Below, one piece after another: positions 63,548-64,000 of a stretch of 64,000 bases of DNA. The stretch's first letter is position 1. Every line of letters starts with the position of its first letter. Origin of the DNA: Felis catus (Eukaryota); NCBI RefSeq assembly GCF_018350175.1, contig NC_058376.1, positions 70,246,001 through 70,310,000 on the forward strand. Reading direction: 5' to 3'. The notes below the pieces were generated by a model. That model was not told the DNA's origin, did no database searches, and saw only the letters and a list, made by a program, of their open reading frames with translations. A program made the position numbers and the translations under genes.

Positions 63548-63746
63548 CTAGTAGTCGGGGCGAGGCATACTTCTCTGGTTTGCATAGGGATTGTGTAGCT
63601 GACTGGGGACGTTCGTCCTGATTTTAGGGAAGATACTCCCGTCTGCTCCTAGATTGCTGAAGCCTGTAGTCTGCTTCAGTCTCAGATTTTGAAAGTCGTT
63701 CTCAATCAAGTTCTGTTCTTCAATATTCTTGTTTTTGTTCTTTGAC
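63548..63746 (-). CDS. MUC13: Mucin-13 last coding exon (cytoplasmic tail SKNKNKNIEEQNLIENDFQNLRLKQTTGFSNLGADGSIFPKIRTNVPSQLHNPYANQRSMPRPDY*)
   Basis: Manual translation of 199 bp (1 nt + 66 codons); acceptor ttatag|G; stop TAG directly followed by donor gtgag; C-terminus NPY...SMPRPDY matches recalled MUC13; MUC13 neighbours ITGB5 in mammals. Confidence 0.93.
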
Positions 63747-64000
63747 CTATAAATGGTAACAAGAATTAGTAGGATCTGACAATGGCAGAAAGTTCCTTGA
63801 AGCAGACATTAATATCCTTTTTTAAAAATATTTTAAATTTTTGAAATAATTTCCAATTTACATATAAGGTACAAAACAAAAACTACATGCAGCTTCTATA
63901 TGCCCATCACCCAGATTCCCCAATTTGTTAATATGTCTGAACCATTTAAGAATAAGTTCTTAGGTGCCCCAGGACCCATGATACCTCATTACTCCCTAAG

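Overview
Mammalian genomic DNA from a feliform carnivore, probably a felid, judged from the abundant tRNA-derived CAN-SINEs of the SINEC_Fc type. It is a draft assembly with several N gaps, mostly in or next to repeats. Two known genes lie on the minus strand. (1) The 5' part of ITGB5 (integrin beta-5): CpG-island promoter/exon 1 at about 48.2-49.9 kb and coding exons 1-5 (70, 86, 205, 250, 169 bp), all with canonical GT-AG sites and compatible phases; the gene continues past the left edge. (2) The 3' end of MUC13: last coding exon 63548-63746, which the ORF track misses, and a non-coding 3'UTR exon at about 60660-61902. The rest is intronic or intergenic, with about 40 CAN-SINEs, young and old L1 fragments, MLT/MIR/MER5-like relics and microsatellites. 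Nearly all other ORF-track entries are spurious. I cannot support a wholly new biological system here. The best leads are a tailless 5S rRNA retropseudogene with a perfect 17-bp target-site duplication (TSD), a SINE+L1 composite inside one TSD, two tandem uORFs in the ITGB5 leader, SINE target-site reuse, and a strong antisense bias of intronic retroelements with inverted SINE pairs around exons 3-4. Gene and repeat identities come from recalled sequences, not database searches, and repeat boundaries are approximate.
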